DNA from: Nannocystis pusilla
Lineage (GTDB): Bacteria; Myxococcota_A; Polyangia; Nannocystales; Nannocystaceae
Length of the DNA stretch: 64,000 bases
Reading direction: 5' to 3'
Assembly (NCBI RefSeq): GCF_020073745.1
Contig: NZ_JAIRAU010000047.1
Span: 349,990 to 413,989, forward strand
Made by a program: the position numbers and the translations under genes. Position 1 is the stretch's first letter, and each line of letters starts with the position of its first letter. The notes under the pieces are model-generated. The model was not told the origin of the DNA. It saw only the letters and a list, made by a program, of their open reading frames with translations, and searched no databases. Of the stretch, positions 8,060-18,497 are shown one piece after another.

Positions 8060-9418
8060 ATGCCGCGTCGTTTTTCACTCTCGCGCCGTACCCTCCTGGG
8101 CGGGGCCGGTGCCCTGATCGCCCTGCCCTGGCTCGAGGCCATGGCGCCCGCCGGACGGCGGGCTCGCGCGGAGGAGCCCATGGGCCCGCCGCTGCGCGCC
8201 CTCTTCTACTACCTCCCCAACGGGATCCACATGCAGTCGTACACGCCCGCGACCGAGGGCCCGGGCTTCGAGATCACGCCGATCCTCTCGCCGCTCGTCG
8301 ACCCGCAGGCGATGGTCGACCTCAAGGGCGACATCCTGGTCCTGACCGGCCTGCAGAACCTGCCCGCAAAGCCAGAAGGCCCGGGCGACCACGCCGGCGG
8401 CACGTCGGCGTTCCTCACCTGCACGCACGTCACCAAGTCCGAGACCGACATCAACAACGACATCTCGATCGACCAGGTGATCGCCAACGCGATCGGCGAC
8501 GCCACGCCGCACCGCTCGCTGCAGTTCGGCACCGCCAACGGCGCGACCATGGGCAACTGCGACAGCGGCTACAGCTGCGCCTACACCAGCAACATCTCGT
8601 GGGCCGACGCCAAGACCCCGCTGCCCAAGCTGTACGACCCGCAGGTCATCTTCGACCTGCTGTTCTCCGGCTTCGACCCCGAGGCGACCGCCGAGGAGCA
8701 GGCCAAGCGGCGCGCCAACCGGATCAGCGTCATCGACTACGCCACCGGCCAGGTCGAGTCGCTGCAGACCAAGCTCGGCAAGACCGACCGCGACAAGCTC
8801 GACCAGTACCTCACCGGCCTGCGCGACCTCGAGAAGCGCCTCACCGCCGAGAACACCGAGGCGGTGTGCTCGCTGCCGGCGATGTTCTCGGGCGCCTACC
8901 CCGACTTCACCACCCACGTCGACCTCATGACCGAGCTGATGGTGCTGGCCTTCCAGTGCGACCAGACCCGCATCATCACGTTCATGCTCGAGAACGCCGG
9001 CAGCTACCGCGACTACTCGTTCATCGGCGCCCAGGGGGCGCACCACGAGATCTCGCACCACATGGACAACCCGGACAACTTCGCCAAGCTCGAGATCATC
9101 GATCGCTGGGAGATGGTCCAGTTCGCCAAGCTGCTGCAGAAGCTCAAGACCTCCCCCGAGGGCGACGGCACGCTGCTCGACAACTGCGTGGTGTTCCTGT
9201 CGTCCGAGATCAGCGACGGCAACGCCCACAACCACACCAACCTGCCGGTGCTGCTGGCGGGCCGCGCCCAGGGCCAGCTGACGCCCGGACGCCACGTGAA
9301 GTACGGCGACAACCCGCCCCTCGCCAACCTGTTCGTCTCGATCGCCGAGATGTTCGACGTGCCCATGGCCGGCTTCGGCGACGACGGCACCGGCGCGCTG
9401 CCGAACCTCAAGGTGTGA
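8060..9418 (+). CDS. DUF1552 family protein with twin-arginine signal
   Basis: SRRTLLGGAGALIALPWLEAMA Tat-like leader. Length and composition are typical of DUF1552, the partner of DUF1592 proteins. Confidence 0.75.
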   Translation: MPRRFSLSRRTLLGGAGALIALPWLEAMAPAGRRARAEEPMGPPLRALFYYLPNGIHMQSYTPATEGPGFEITPILSPLVDPQAMVDLKGDILVLTGLQNLPAKPEGPGDHAGGTSAFLTCTHVTKSETDINNDISIDQVIANAIGDATPHRSLQFGTANGATMGNCDSGYSCAYTSNISWADAKTPLPKLYDPQVIFDLLFSGFDPEATAEEQAKRRANRISVIDYATGQVESLQTKLGKTDRDKLDQYLTGLRDLEKRLTAENTEAVCSLPAMFSGAYPDFTTHVDLMTELMVLAFQCDQTRIITFMLENAGSYRDYSFIGAQGAHHEISHHMDNPDNFAKLEIIDRWEMVQFAKLLQKLKTSPEGDGTLLDNCVVFLSSEISDGNAHNHTNLPVLLAGRAQGQLTPGRHVKYGDNPPLANLFVSIAEMFDVPMAGFGDDGTGALPNLKV

Positions 9419-9429
9419 GCGCTCCGAGC

Positions 9430-9495
9430 GTGTACTTTTGAACATGCTCGAAGGAGCATGCCCTCGTGGGCATGCTCCTTTGAACATGCCCCCGC
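9430..9495. repeat. cluster of CATG-centred palindromes (GAACATGC / GGAGCATGCCC) between convergent genes
   Basis: TTTGAACATGC direct repeat x2. Hairpins CATGCTC-GAAG-GAGCATG and GGAGCATGCCC-TCGT-GGGCATGCTCC (11-bp arms). Locally lower GC. Between the DUF1552 stop and the glmM stop. Confidence 0.55.
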
Positions 9496-9501
9496 AGACA
9501 G

Positions 9502-10857
<1,356 letters not shown>

Positions 10858-10866
10858 GCGCCCTTA

Positions 10867-11865
10867 TTAGTGGCCGCGACTGGCGCCGTCCAGCGGCTTT
10901 TCGGCGGGCGGCGGCGGCAGGATGATGCGCTCCTGAGCTGGCTCCAAGGTCAGGTTGGCCCGCAGCGCCGGCGGGACGGCCTCGGACAGGCTCAGATCGA
11001 CCTGCACCGCCCCGGACGGCGCGTCCTCCTGCGGCTTTTGCAGCTGCACGGTCGAGACCACCGCGCTCGGGATCGCGTCGATCTGGCGCAGCGACGGCAC
11101 CGGCCCGCGCACCACCGCCGCGACCTTGAGCGGCGCGCCGTACGGCGGTTCCTGGTCGACGGGCCAGGTCAGCGGGACCTCGTAGCGGCGCTCGCTGACC
11201 TTGGGCCGGATCGCCACCGACACGGTGACCTTCGGCACCTCGCCCGGGGCCACGCCCGTGTACTCCGCGCCCTCGCGCAGCTGGCCGAGCCCGACCACCA
11301 TCTCGACGTCCGCCGTGGCGCCGCTGACATCGATCGGATCGGTGTTGAGGTTGGCCAGCTCGCCGACGATCTTGCTGCCGCCGTGGACGCGCCAGCGCGG
11401 CGGGTCGACGCGCGTCCCGGTGTGCTCGTAGTCGGGGTGGACCAGCCCGCGCACCGCGGCGCTGATCAGCACCGCGCGCTCGATCACCGGGTCGAAGCGG
11501 AGGTCGACCTTCTCGTAGTCCATGCCGCGGAAGATCACCCCGGGCGGCATCACGATGGTCGCCGGGTCGAGCTCGAGCGGCCCCGGCCGCGCGCCCGCGA
11601 GGTCGAGCTGGGCGCTGCCGAGGTCGTGGCCCGACAGGCGGTTCATCCGCGCCCACGAGCCGTGCAGCTCGACCGTCACCGTCTCCGGCAGCTTCGTCAT
11701 CAGCACGCGCCGCGGGTCGGTGTTGACCTTGAGCGGGATCGTGAAGCGCCGCGTGACGTCGTCGCGGGTGAAGATGAAGAACCCGCTGGCGATGAGCAGC
11801 GCCGTCAGCTTGGTGAGCAGGTGGTTGAACAGCGCCCCGTAGAGCCACCGCAGCGCGCGCGTCAC
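10867..11865 (-). CDS. cdaR: YbbR-domain protein CdaR (regulator of diadenylate cyclase)
   Basis: N-terminal TM anchor followed by repeated YbbR-like beta-rich segments. Position is between cdaA and glmM as in the conserved cdaA-cdaR-glmM operon. Start overlaps the cdaA stop. Confidence 0.7.
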   Translation of the reverse strand: MTRALRWLYGALFNHLLTKLTALLIASGFFIFTRDDVTRRFTIPLKVNTDPRRVLMTKLPETVTVELHGSWARMNRLSGHDLGSAQLDLAGARPGPLELDPATIVMPPGVIFRGMDYEKVDLRFDPVIERAVLISAAVRGLVHPDYEHTGTRVDPPRWRVHGGSKIVGELANLNTDPIDVSGATADVEMVVGLGQLREGAEYTGVAPGEVPKVTVSVAIRPKVSERRYEVPLTWPVDQEPPYGAPLKVAAVVRGPVPSLRQIDAIPSAVVSTVQLQKPQEDAPSGAVQVDLSLSEAVPPALRANLTLEPAQERIILPPPPAEKPLDGASRGH

Positions 11866-12869
11866 CCCTCACCTCCCTTGCGCGACAGCGGCGTGAAGTC
11901 GGTGACCGACGGCGAGTGGAGGAAGTCGTTGTCGTTCCACTTCTCGTCGGCCGGCGCCGCCCCCTCCTTGCCGCGCCGCCGCACCGCCGTCATGTCGGAC
12001 GCGCTCTCGCTGGCCTTGCGCAGGTCCATGTAGCTGCGCGCCGCGCCCTTGGCGACCGCGAGGCTCTCGCTCGGCGGCGCCTGGCGCGACGCCTCGGCCC
12101 GCGGTTGCTCGAGCCAGCGGGAGATCCGGGCCTCGAGCTGCTCGGGCGTCAGCGGGTCGGAGATGGCGCCGCGGTGGACCATGCGGATCTCGCCGCGCTC
12201 CTCGCTGAGCACGATGACCAGCGCGTCGCTCTCCTCGCTGACGCCGATGGCGCCGCGGTGACGGGTGCCGAACGCCGGGTCGAGCCGGTCGCGCTGGGTG
12301 AGCGGGCAGATCACGCCGGCGCGGGCGATCCGCAGGTTCTGGATCAGCACGGCGCCGTCGTGCGTGAGGTTGATCGAGTACGGGATGAGGAGCGCGACCA
12401 GGGTGTCCGCGTGCAACGAGGCGTCGATCTCGCGGCCGCGGTCGCTGACGACGTCGAGCACGTCGATCTCGCCCTGCAGGATGAACAGCGCGCCGAGGCG
12501 GGCGCGGCTGAGCCGCTCGACCGCCACCACCAGCTCGCTGACGGCGCTGCGGGCCGCGTCGCGGTGGCCCTGCGGCAGGAGGCGCTGGCCCATGTGCAGC
12601 AGGATCCGCCGCAGCTCCTGGTGGAACACGACGATGAGGATGATGATGACGTACTCGAGGAAGTAGCGGACCAGCGCCGCGACCGCGACCATGTCGAGCG
12701 CGCTCGCGGCCGCCGCGACGCCGCCGAACACCGCGACCGACAGCAGCACCGGCACCGCCCGCGTGCCCTGGAGCAGGCGCAGCGCGGCGTAGACCAGGAT
12801 CAGCAGGATCCCGAAGTCGAGCCCGTCGCGCCACGTGAGCGCCTCGATGAAGTCCCGCGGCGTCACCAT
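11862..12869 (-). CDS. cdaA: diadenylate cyclase CdaA (DisA_N domain) with C-terminal extension
   Basis: Three N-terminal TM helices, then DGAVLI…RAGVICPL…TRHRGAIGVSEESDALVIVLSEERGEI (DGA and RHR motifs of DAC domains). The ATG 3 nt after the folP stop is the likely start; the ORF itself extends to 12932. About 70 residues of low-complexity C-terminal tail. Confidence 0.8.
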   Translation of the reverse strand: MVTPRDFIEALTWRDGLDFGILLILVYAALRLLQGTRAVPVLLSVAVFGGVAAAASALDMVAVAALVRYFLEYVIIILIVVFHQELRRILLHMGQRLLPQGHRDAARSAVSELVVAVERLSRARLGALFILQGEIDVLDVVSDRGREIDASLHADTLVALLIPYSINLTHDGAVLIQNLRIARAGVICPLTQRDRLDPAFGTRHRGAIGVSEESDALVIVLSEERGEIRMVHRGAISDPLTPEQLEARISRWLEQPRAEASRQAPPSESLAVAKGAARSYMDLRKASESASDMTAVRRRGKEGAAPADEKWNDNDFLHSPSVTDFTPLSRKGGEG

Positions 12870-13852
12870 CGCGCTCGCTCGACCTCCTCCGCCTCGCGGC
12901 GGGCCGCGGTCGACGCCCGGCGGATCGCCCACGCGACCCGCAGCGCCTCGGCCGTGGGCGCCACGTCGTGCACGCGCACGATCGCCGCGCCGCCGAGCGC
13001 CGCCATCACCGCCGCGGTGACGCTACCGATCAGGCGCTCCTCGACGGGCCGCGGCTTGCCGCCGAGGACGCCGAGGAACGCCTTGCGACTGGCGCCGATG
13101 ACCACGGGGCAACCTGTCTCTCGCATCAGGTAGTCGGCCGCGCCGACGAGCGCCGCGCTGTGCTCGGCCGTCTTGCCGAAGCCGATGCCGGGGTCGACGG
13201 CGATCCGATCGGCGGCCACGCCGGCGCGCAGCGCCAGCTCGACCGCGCGGCCGAGCTCCGCCGCGATCTCGGGCAGCACCCGCTCGAAGCGGATGTCGTG
13301 CATCATCGTCGCCGGCTCGCCGCGGAGGTGGCCGATCACGAGGCCCGCGCCGGTGTCGGCGGCGACGCGCGCCATCTCGGGATCGGCGAGCCCGCTGACG
13401 TCGTTGATGATCGCCGCGCCGGCCGCCATCGCTGCGGCAGCGACTGTCGCGCGGCGCGTGTCGACGCTGATCGGCGCGCCCGCCAGCTCCGGATCGGCGA
13501 CGAGGCCGCGGATCACCGGCAGCACGCGGCGCAGCTCGACGTCGGGCGCCACCGCGGTCGCGCCCGGTCGCGTCGACTCGCCGCCGACGTCGAGGACATC
13601 GGCGCCCTGCTGGCGATACGTGCGACAAAGCCTGGCGGCCACGCTGACGCTCGCGTCGTCGGTCTCGGGCGCGAGCAGGTTGCCGCCGTCGAAGAAGCTG
13701 TCCGGCGTGACGTTGACGATCGCCATCACCCGCGGTGCATTCACGTCGAGCGCACCGCGGGCGTGCACCCACGCGGGCGCCGGCGCGGGCTCGGGCCGCG
13801 CGCCGTCGTCACGGGCGAAGGCGCGGTCGGCGGCGAAGGACATCGCCGCCAT
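12863..13852 (-). CDS. folP: dihydropteroate synthase
   Basis: MAIVNVTPDSFFDGG, DVGGESTRPG, ISVDT, DPGIGFGKT motifs of the pterin-binding TIM barrel. Confidence 0.9.
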   Translation of the reverse strand: MAAMSFAADRAFARDDGARPEPAPAPAWVHARGALDVNAPRVMAIVNVTPDSFFDGGNLLAPETDDASVSVAARLCRTYRQQGADVLDVGGESTRPGATAVAPDVELRRVLPVIRGLVADPELAGAPISVDTRRATVAAAAMAAGAAIINDVSGLADPEMARVAADTGAGLVIGHLRGEPATMMHDIRFERVLPEIAAELGRAVELALRAGVAADRIAVDPGIGFGKTAEHSAALVGAADYLMRETGCPVVIGASRKAFLGVLGGKPRPVEERLIGSVTAAVMAALGGAAIVRVHDVAPTAEALRVAWAIRRASTAARREAEEVERARW

Positions 13853-13864
13853 GGTAGCGCGCCA

Positions 13865-15253
13865 TCACGCCAATGACACGCCCGGGTCGCTGTTGTCGCT
13901 GTGCCCGCCAGCCGCCCCGCTGCGCCCGGCCGCGAATTGCTTGGCGTCGATCCCGTAGCGGCGCAGCAGCTTGTGCAGGTACTTGCGGTCCATATCGGCC
14001 TCGCGGGCGGCCCGCGAGATGTTGCCCTCGGCCCGCTGGAGCAGCCAGTTCAGGTACGTCTCCTCGAACAGCTCGACCGCGCGTTCCTTCTGCTCGCGGA
14101 ACGTCAGCGTCGGGTCGAACGCGACCTGCTGCTCGCGCCCGGCGCGCCCGAGGTTGCCCGTGGTGATGAGGTCGATGACGCCGTCGGGCGAGAGGTAGGC
14201 CGAGCGCTCGACGACGTTGCGGAGCTCGCGGACGTTGCCGGGCCAGTCGTAGCCGACCAGGCGAGCCATGGCCTCGGGGCCAGGCGCGCGCCACATGCCC
14301 GGCGGCAGGCGGCGCGAGAACTGGTCGATGAGCATCGGGATGTCCTCGCGACGGTCGCGCAGCGCCGGCACTTCGATGTGGACGACGGCGAGCAGGAAGT
14401 ACAGATCCTCGCGGAACTCGCCCGACTTGACCTGCTCCCGCAGCCCGCGGCTCGCGGTCGCCAGCACGCGGATGTCGACCTCGAGCTCCTCGGTCACCCC
14501 GTGGCGCCGCACCTTCCCGTTCTCGAGGGCGCGGGTGAGCTTCGGCTGGAGGTCGGCGGGCAGCTCGCCGATGTCGTCGAACACCAGCGTGCCGCCGTGG
14601 GCGAGCTCGAACGCGCCGCGTCGGTCCTCGTGGCCGAACAGCTCGACCTCCAGCTGTGCCGCGGCCGTGCCACCGCAGTCGACGACCACGAAGGGGCCAT
14701 CGCGCCGCGGGGAGATATCGTGGATAGCCCGAGCCAGCAGAGCCTTGCCGGTGCCGGTCTCGCCGTCGAGGAGAATGGTCGCCTCGGCGCCTGCGACGCG
14801 TTCGAGGACGCCGAAGATCTTGCGCATCGCAAGGCTGCGTCCGCAGACCGGACCGAAGCTGTCGGCCTCGCTAGGGAGAAGCTCGACACGCGAGTCACGC
14901 GGCATGAATCGGACCTGGACCTTGCCGAGTCCGAGGACATCGCCCGGTCGCAGGAACCCGTCGCTGACCCGCACACCACCGATGAACATGCCGTTCGTCG
15001 ACTGTTGATCCAGGACGCGATAGCTGTCGCCCTGTCGCCGGATCTCGGCGTGGATCCGGCTCACCGACTCGTCGGGGAGGACCACGTCGCACTGGCGTGA
15101 CTTGCCGAGCTGGACGACATCCTGGGTGACATCAATCTCACGGCCGCGGAGCTCGCCGTTCAGGACGACCAGCCGAAAACCGGAGTGCCGCATGGGCTCG
15201 GCATCGTCCTGGACCACCGTCGAATCCACCGCTGCTTCGATCTCGTGCGCCAT
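13865..15253 (-). CDS. sigma-54-dependent transcriptional activator with N-terminal FHA domain
   Basis: FHA core (GR..CDVVL.D..VSR.HA…G.Y.V.DQ.STNG). AAA+ sigma-54 activation domain with GETGTGK, GAFE…GTLVFDD and ESELFGH-like motifs. C-terminal Fis-type HTH. The annotated ORF has 45 extra N-terminal residues; start taken at MAHEIEAAV. Confidence 0.85.
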   Translation of the reverse strand: MAHEIEAAVDSTVVQDDAEPMRHSGFRLVVLNGELRGREIDVTQDVVQLGKSRQCDVVLPDESVSRIHAEIRRQGDSYRVLDQQSTNGMFIGGVRVSDGFLRPGDVLGLGKVQVRFMPRDSRVELLPSEADSFGPVCGRSLAMRKIFGVLERVAGAEATILLDGETGTGKALLARAIHDISPRRDGPFVVVDCGGTAAAQLEVELFGHEDRRGAFELAHGGTLVFDDIGELPADLQPKLTRALENGKVRRHGVTEELEVDIRVLATASRGLREQVKSGEFREDLYFLLAVVHIEVPALRDRREDIPMLIDQFSRRLPPGMWRAPGPEAMARLVGYDWPGNVRELRNVVERSAYLSPDGVIDLITTGNLGRAGREQQVAFDPTLTFREQKERAVELFEETYLNWLLQRAEGNISRAAREADMDRKYLHKLLRRYGIDAKQFAAGRSGAAGGHSDNSDPGVSLA

Positions 15254-15412
15254 GTCCTCCACGCTACCAGGGGCCTCCTCCTGCGGGAAGCACACAACGG
15301 CCGGTACAGAGCGTTTGGCGAAGATTGACAGCGTTGAGGTCGCTCGGCCGCAGACAAAAAAAATCGGGGTGCCTCGGCCCCGAAGCACCCCGAACCTCGC
15401 GCGAAAAACTCC

Positions 15413-15597
15413 TCAGACGTAGAAGTCGACGATGGCCACCCCGCGCTCCGAGGGCTCGGGCAGCGGAGCCCGCTCGTCGAGCTCGTCCGCGGGCACGCGC
15501 GGCAGTTCGAGCTCGATCTGCAGCGTCGGAGTCCGCTTGCCCGGGATCTTCTTGCTCGGGACCTGCTTCTGCTTCTCGAGGGCTGGTCGCATGAACA
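15413..15597 (-). CDS. small hypothetical protein (61 aa)
   Basis: MRPALEKQKQVPSKKIPGKRTPTLQIELELPRVPADELDERAPLPEPSERGVAIVDFYV, with AAGGCAGG 5 nt upstream of ATG. It is the C-terminal tail of a long Arg-rich spurious ORF, so the call is tentative. Confidence 0.3.
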
Positions 15598-15957
15598 CCT
15601 GCCTTTTTCGCCAGAATTCGGGACGCGCTACCGGGCGGTCTGTCTCAAAGCTCACGAGATCGGCGCTTGCACCGCCACCCTGCGGGGAGTACCTATCCTC
15701 CCCACGAGTGACGTGGTTCGCTCGACTCGCAGCTCCGACCCTGATGTGCCCACCATCCGGTTCGGAGCGCCTGAATTCTTGGTTGGCCACCTTACGTTTG
15801 AGACTAACGCGGCCACGGTTGTTGGCAAGAATTGTCTTCGCGCCGTTTGGCGCCGGGACAGTGTGCGCGAGGCGTACACCGGCGCCCGGCATACGACGGG
15901 CGAATTGAGCCCAGGCGGCGCGCACGACCTTGCCGGTCCGCGCCTCCGGCGACAAAC

Positions 15958-16596
15958 TCAGAAGTCGACCACGACCCAGCGAGAGCCTTCTCGCTCGAGT
16001 CGGGCGACCTCGGCGTTTCCCAGGTCGAGCACGGCCTCGTGGGCGTCCGCGACGATGGGATCGCCCAGCCGGGCCGCGAGGCGATCGCGGGCCGTCTGCA
16101 AGGCGTCGGCATGCTCGCCCTCGGTCCAGGCGGCGCGGAGATCGTCCTCCGACAGACCGAGGCGGTAGCGCTCGGGGGCGAGGCCGAGGAGCACGTCCCA
16201 GCGGCGCTGGAGGCTCGCCCGCACCAGGCTCCGCAACGCCGCGCGCGGCGTCGACTGGTCGTACACGAGAGTGGGATCCTCGCCGAACACCCAGCCGCGT
16301 GGCGTCCAGCGGACGTCGATCGGCGAGTCGGCCGCGAGGAAGACGACCGCACGCGGGCGGATCTCCGCCGGCTTCTTCAGCGTCCTGGCCCAGCGCTGGC
16401 GCGTCGCCTTGTCGCCGAGGATCGCCGCATAGTCGACGCGAGCGCGCGCGCCGACGAGCACGTGACTCGACAGCGCCTTCGCATCGCCGCGACGAACCGC
16501 ACCGGCGGCGGTCTCGCTGGCGCGCGCGAGGCCGCGGACGTCTCGCTGTGCGCAGGACGCGAGCAGCAGCGCCATGCACACCGCGTGGATCTTCAC
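15958..16596 (-). CDS. lipoprotein of unknown function
   Basis: GTG start overlaps the fabZ stop (GCGTGAAG). GGAGG lies 6 nt upstream. Leader VKIHAVCMALLLASC has lipobox LLASC. Remaining 190 aa are protein-like (…DYAAILGDKATRQRWARTLKKPAEIRPRAVVFLAADSPIDVRWTPRGWVFGEDPTLVYDQ…). Confidence 0.6.
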   Translation of the reverse strand: MKIHAVCMALLLASCAQRDVRGLARASETAAGAVRRGDAKALSSHVLVGARARVDYAAILGDKATRQRWARTLKKPAEIRPRAVVFLAADSPIDVRWTPRGWVFGEDPTLVYDQSTPRAALRSLVRASLQRRWDVLLGLAPERYRLGLSEDDLRAAWTEGEHADALQTARDRLAARLGDPIVADAHEAVLDLGNAEVARLEREGSRWVVVDF

Positions 16597-17051
16597 GCAG
16601 CGCCTCCGGCGTCGCTGCGCTTGGCCTCGATGATCGCGGTGAACACGCCCGAGCTCTTCACTTGCTCGCCGACGCGGGTCTCGCCGGAGAATTTGCCGAT
16701 CCGGCCCAGTCGTTGCGCCTTGACCTCGATCGTCAGCACGTCGCCGGGCACCACGGGCGCGCGGAACTTGGCCTCCTGGATGCCCATGAAGAAGCAGTTG
16801 TGCAGCGCCGGGTCGAACACGCCGGACAGGTTGGCGAGCAGCACCGCGGCCTGCGCCATCGCCTCGACCTGAACCACGCCCGGGAGGATCGGGAAGCCGG
16901 GGAAGTGACCTTGCAGGATCGGGTCGCCGACCGACACCAGCTTCTGCGCGACGATCGACTCGTTCGGCGTCGCCGCGAGCACGCGGTCGATGAACAGGAA
17001 GGGGTACCGGTGCGGGAGGATCTTCTGGATCTGGACGGCGTCGAGGAGCAT
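16593..17051 (-). CDS. fabZ: 3-hydroxyacyl-ACP dehydratase
   Basis: LPHRYPFLFIDRV, GHFPGFPILPGV and the hot-dog fold, in 152 aa. Confidence 0.9.
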   Translation of the reverse strand: MLLDAVQIQKILPHRYPFLFIDRVLAATPNESIVAQKLVSVGDPILQGHFPGFPILPGVVQVEAMAQAAVLLANLSGVFDPALHNCFFMGIQEAKFRAPVVPGDVLTIEVKAQRLGRIGKFSGETRVGEQVKSSGVFTAIIEAKRSDAGGAA

Positions 17052-17187
17052 CGGTCGGCGCGTAGCTTATCAGACTGCCCGGCTCCGGGCCGGGGCGAGC
17101 GCGACGCCGGTCGGACACGCGAACGTCCCAGAGCCGCGCAGGGTGGTGCGCGAGTCCGGGACGTGCGAGCGGCCGGGGCGGCCGGGC

Positions 17188-17751
17188 CTAGGACGGGTAC
17201 TTGGCGTTGTAGCGCTTGACGAGCTCGGTCGTGATGTCGAGGCCGGGCTCGACGAACAGCACGGTCGAGTCGTCGCGGATCAGCACCAGGTCGACGTTCT
17301 TCTCGGCGGCCAGCTTGTCGATGAGCGTCTGGCAGTTCTTGTAGATGTCCTCGAGGACACGCGACTCCTGCTGCGAGAGCTCCTGCTGCATGGTCATGTA
17401 GATCTGCTGCATCTCCATGTACTCCTTCTGCAGCGCCTCCTCCGCGGCGGCGAGCTTGTCGCCTTGCAGGTTCTTCAGCTTGCCGGTGTCGGCCTCGAGC
17501 TTCTTGCGCTTCTGCTCGAGCTTCTCCTGCTTGGCCTTGGAGCTGTCCTCGAGCTTCTTGCGCGCGGCCTGGCCCTGCTTGGTGTCGGCGAGGACCTTTT
17601 GCATGTCGACGACGGCGACGCCGCGGACCTGCGGGATGGTGGCCTGGGCGGGCGTGACGAAGCTGGGGGCGAGGCCGGCGCCGCCCGCGAAGGCGAGCGC
17701 GACGGCGGCGGCGGAGAGCAGACGACCGAGACGACGCTGGGGGGTAGGCAT
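17188..17751 (-). CDS. skp: OmpH/Skp family periplasmic chaperone (paralog 1)
   Basis: Signal peptide, Lys/Gln/Glu-rich coiled-coil body, and conserved C-terminal LVL…D.T..L.. segment. Start taken at MPTPQRRLGRLLSAAAVALAFAG. Confidence 0.75.
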   Translation of the reverse strand: MPTPQRRLGRLLSAAAVALAFAGGAGLAPSFVTPAQATIPQVRGVAVVDMQKVLADTKQGQAARKKLEDSSKAKQEKLEQKRKKLEADTGKLKNLQGDKLAAAEEALQKEYMEMQQIYMTMQQELSQQESRVLEDIYKNCQTLIDKLAAEKNVDLVLIRDDSTVLFVEPGLDITTELVKRYNAKYPS

Positions 17752-17774
17752 GGCGGAACGATCCTTCACGTGAG

Positions 17775-18326
17775 TCACTTGTGCTTCTTGTCGTAGGCGA
17801 CGATCACGCGATTGGTGATGTCGAGCTTGGGGTTGGCGTACAGGACCGTCGCCGGGGAACGGACCAGGACGATCTGCAGACTCTCCTCGGCTGCGATGTC
17901 TTTCACGATGGCCGCGACGTTCTTGTAGATCTTCTCGGTCAGCTGCGCCTCTTTCGTCGCCACGTCCTCCTGGAGCTGGGCGTACAGCTGCTGCAGCTCC
18001 TGGTCCTTGACGACGAGCTCTTGCTGGCGCTTGGCGATCTCTGCGTCGGAGAGCAGCGTCCGCTTCGCCATCAGGTCCTCGTACTTCTTCTTGAGGTCCT
18101 CGGTCTTCTTGTCGAGCTGCGACTGGCCCTTCGCGAACGTCGACTCGAGGTCCTTCTTGCCCTTGGTGCCCTGCGTGGTCTCCAGCAGGCAGCGCTGCAG
18201 GTCGACGAGGGCGACCTGCTTGAGGGCGTTGACGGTGGCAGCCGGCGCGGCGGCGACCGTGGAGGCGCCGAGAACGCCGGCTGTCATGGCCGCTACGAGG
18301 AGGAGGACACGCGAGGTAGAGGGCAT
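17775..18326 (-). CDS. skp: OmpH/Skp family periplasmic chaperone (paralog 2)
   Basis: Same architecture as the adjacent gene (…IVLVRSPATVLYANPKLDITNRVI…). Start taken at MPSTSRVLLLVAAMTAGVLG. Confidence 0.75.
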   Translation of the reverse strand: MPSTSRVLLLVAAMTAGVLGASTVAAAPAATVNALKQVALVDLQRCLLETTQGTKGKKDLESTFAKGQSQLDKKTEDLKKKYEDLMAKRTLLSDAEIAKRQQELVVKDQELQQLYAQLQEDVATKEAQLTEKIYKNVAAIVKDIAAEESLQIVLVRSPATVLYANPKLDITNRVIVAYDKKHK

Positions 18327-18497
18327 AATGGGCGGGACCTTAGCCGGGGCCGCGCAGGGGGGCAACCGGGCTGGCCTCGGACGCGCGGCCTCACAGGCGC
18401 ATTCATACGGTCTGCGGACCTAGCCGGGCGGCCGAGGTGTGGTCTAGCTCACCCCTTTCGCCGCTGTAAGCGCCGAAAACGGGCCCGGCGGCGGCTT

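Noticed and set aside
15810-15826. TTGGCAAGAATTGTCT resembling a sigma-54 -24/-12 element
   Set aside because: The -12 region is GTCT rather than TTGC. It is on the plus strand pointing into the antisense of the lipoprotein gene, with no downstream target.
15652-15879. 75-aa ORF with …RRQTARRQFLP…, superficially reminiscent of ribosomal protein L28 (TKRRFLPNL)
   Set aside because: It lacks the GNN…SHA core of L28, has no RBS or start context, and sits in a structured spacer. Judged coincidental.
15413-16579. 388-aa minus ORF spanning the lipoprotein gene region
   Set aside because: Only its last 61 codons could be real (the micro-ORF). The remainder is out-of-frame over the lipoprotein gene, which has GGAGG, a GTG start and a lipobox.
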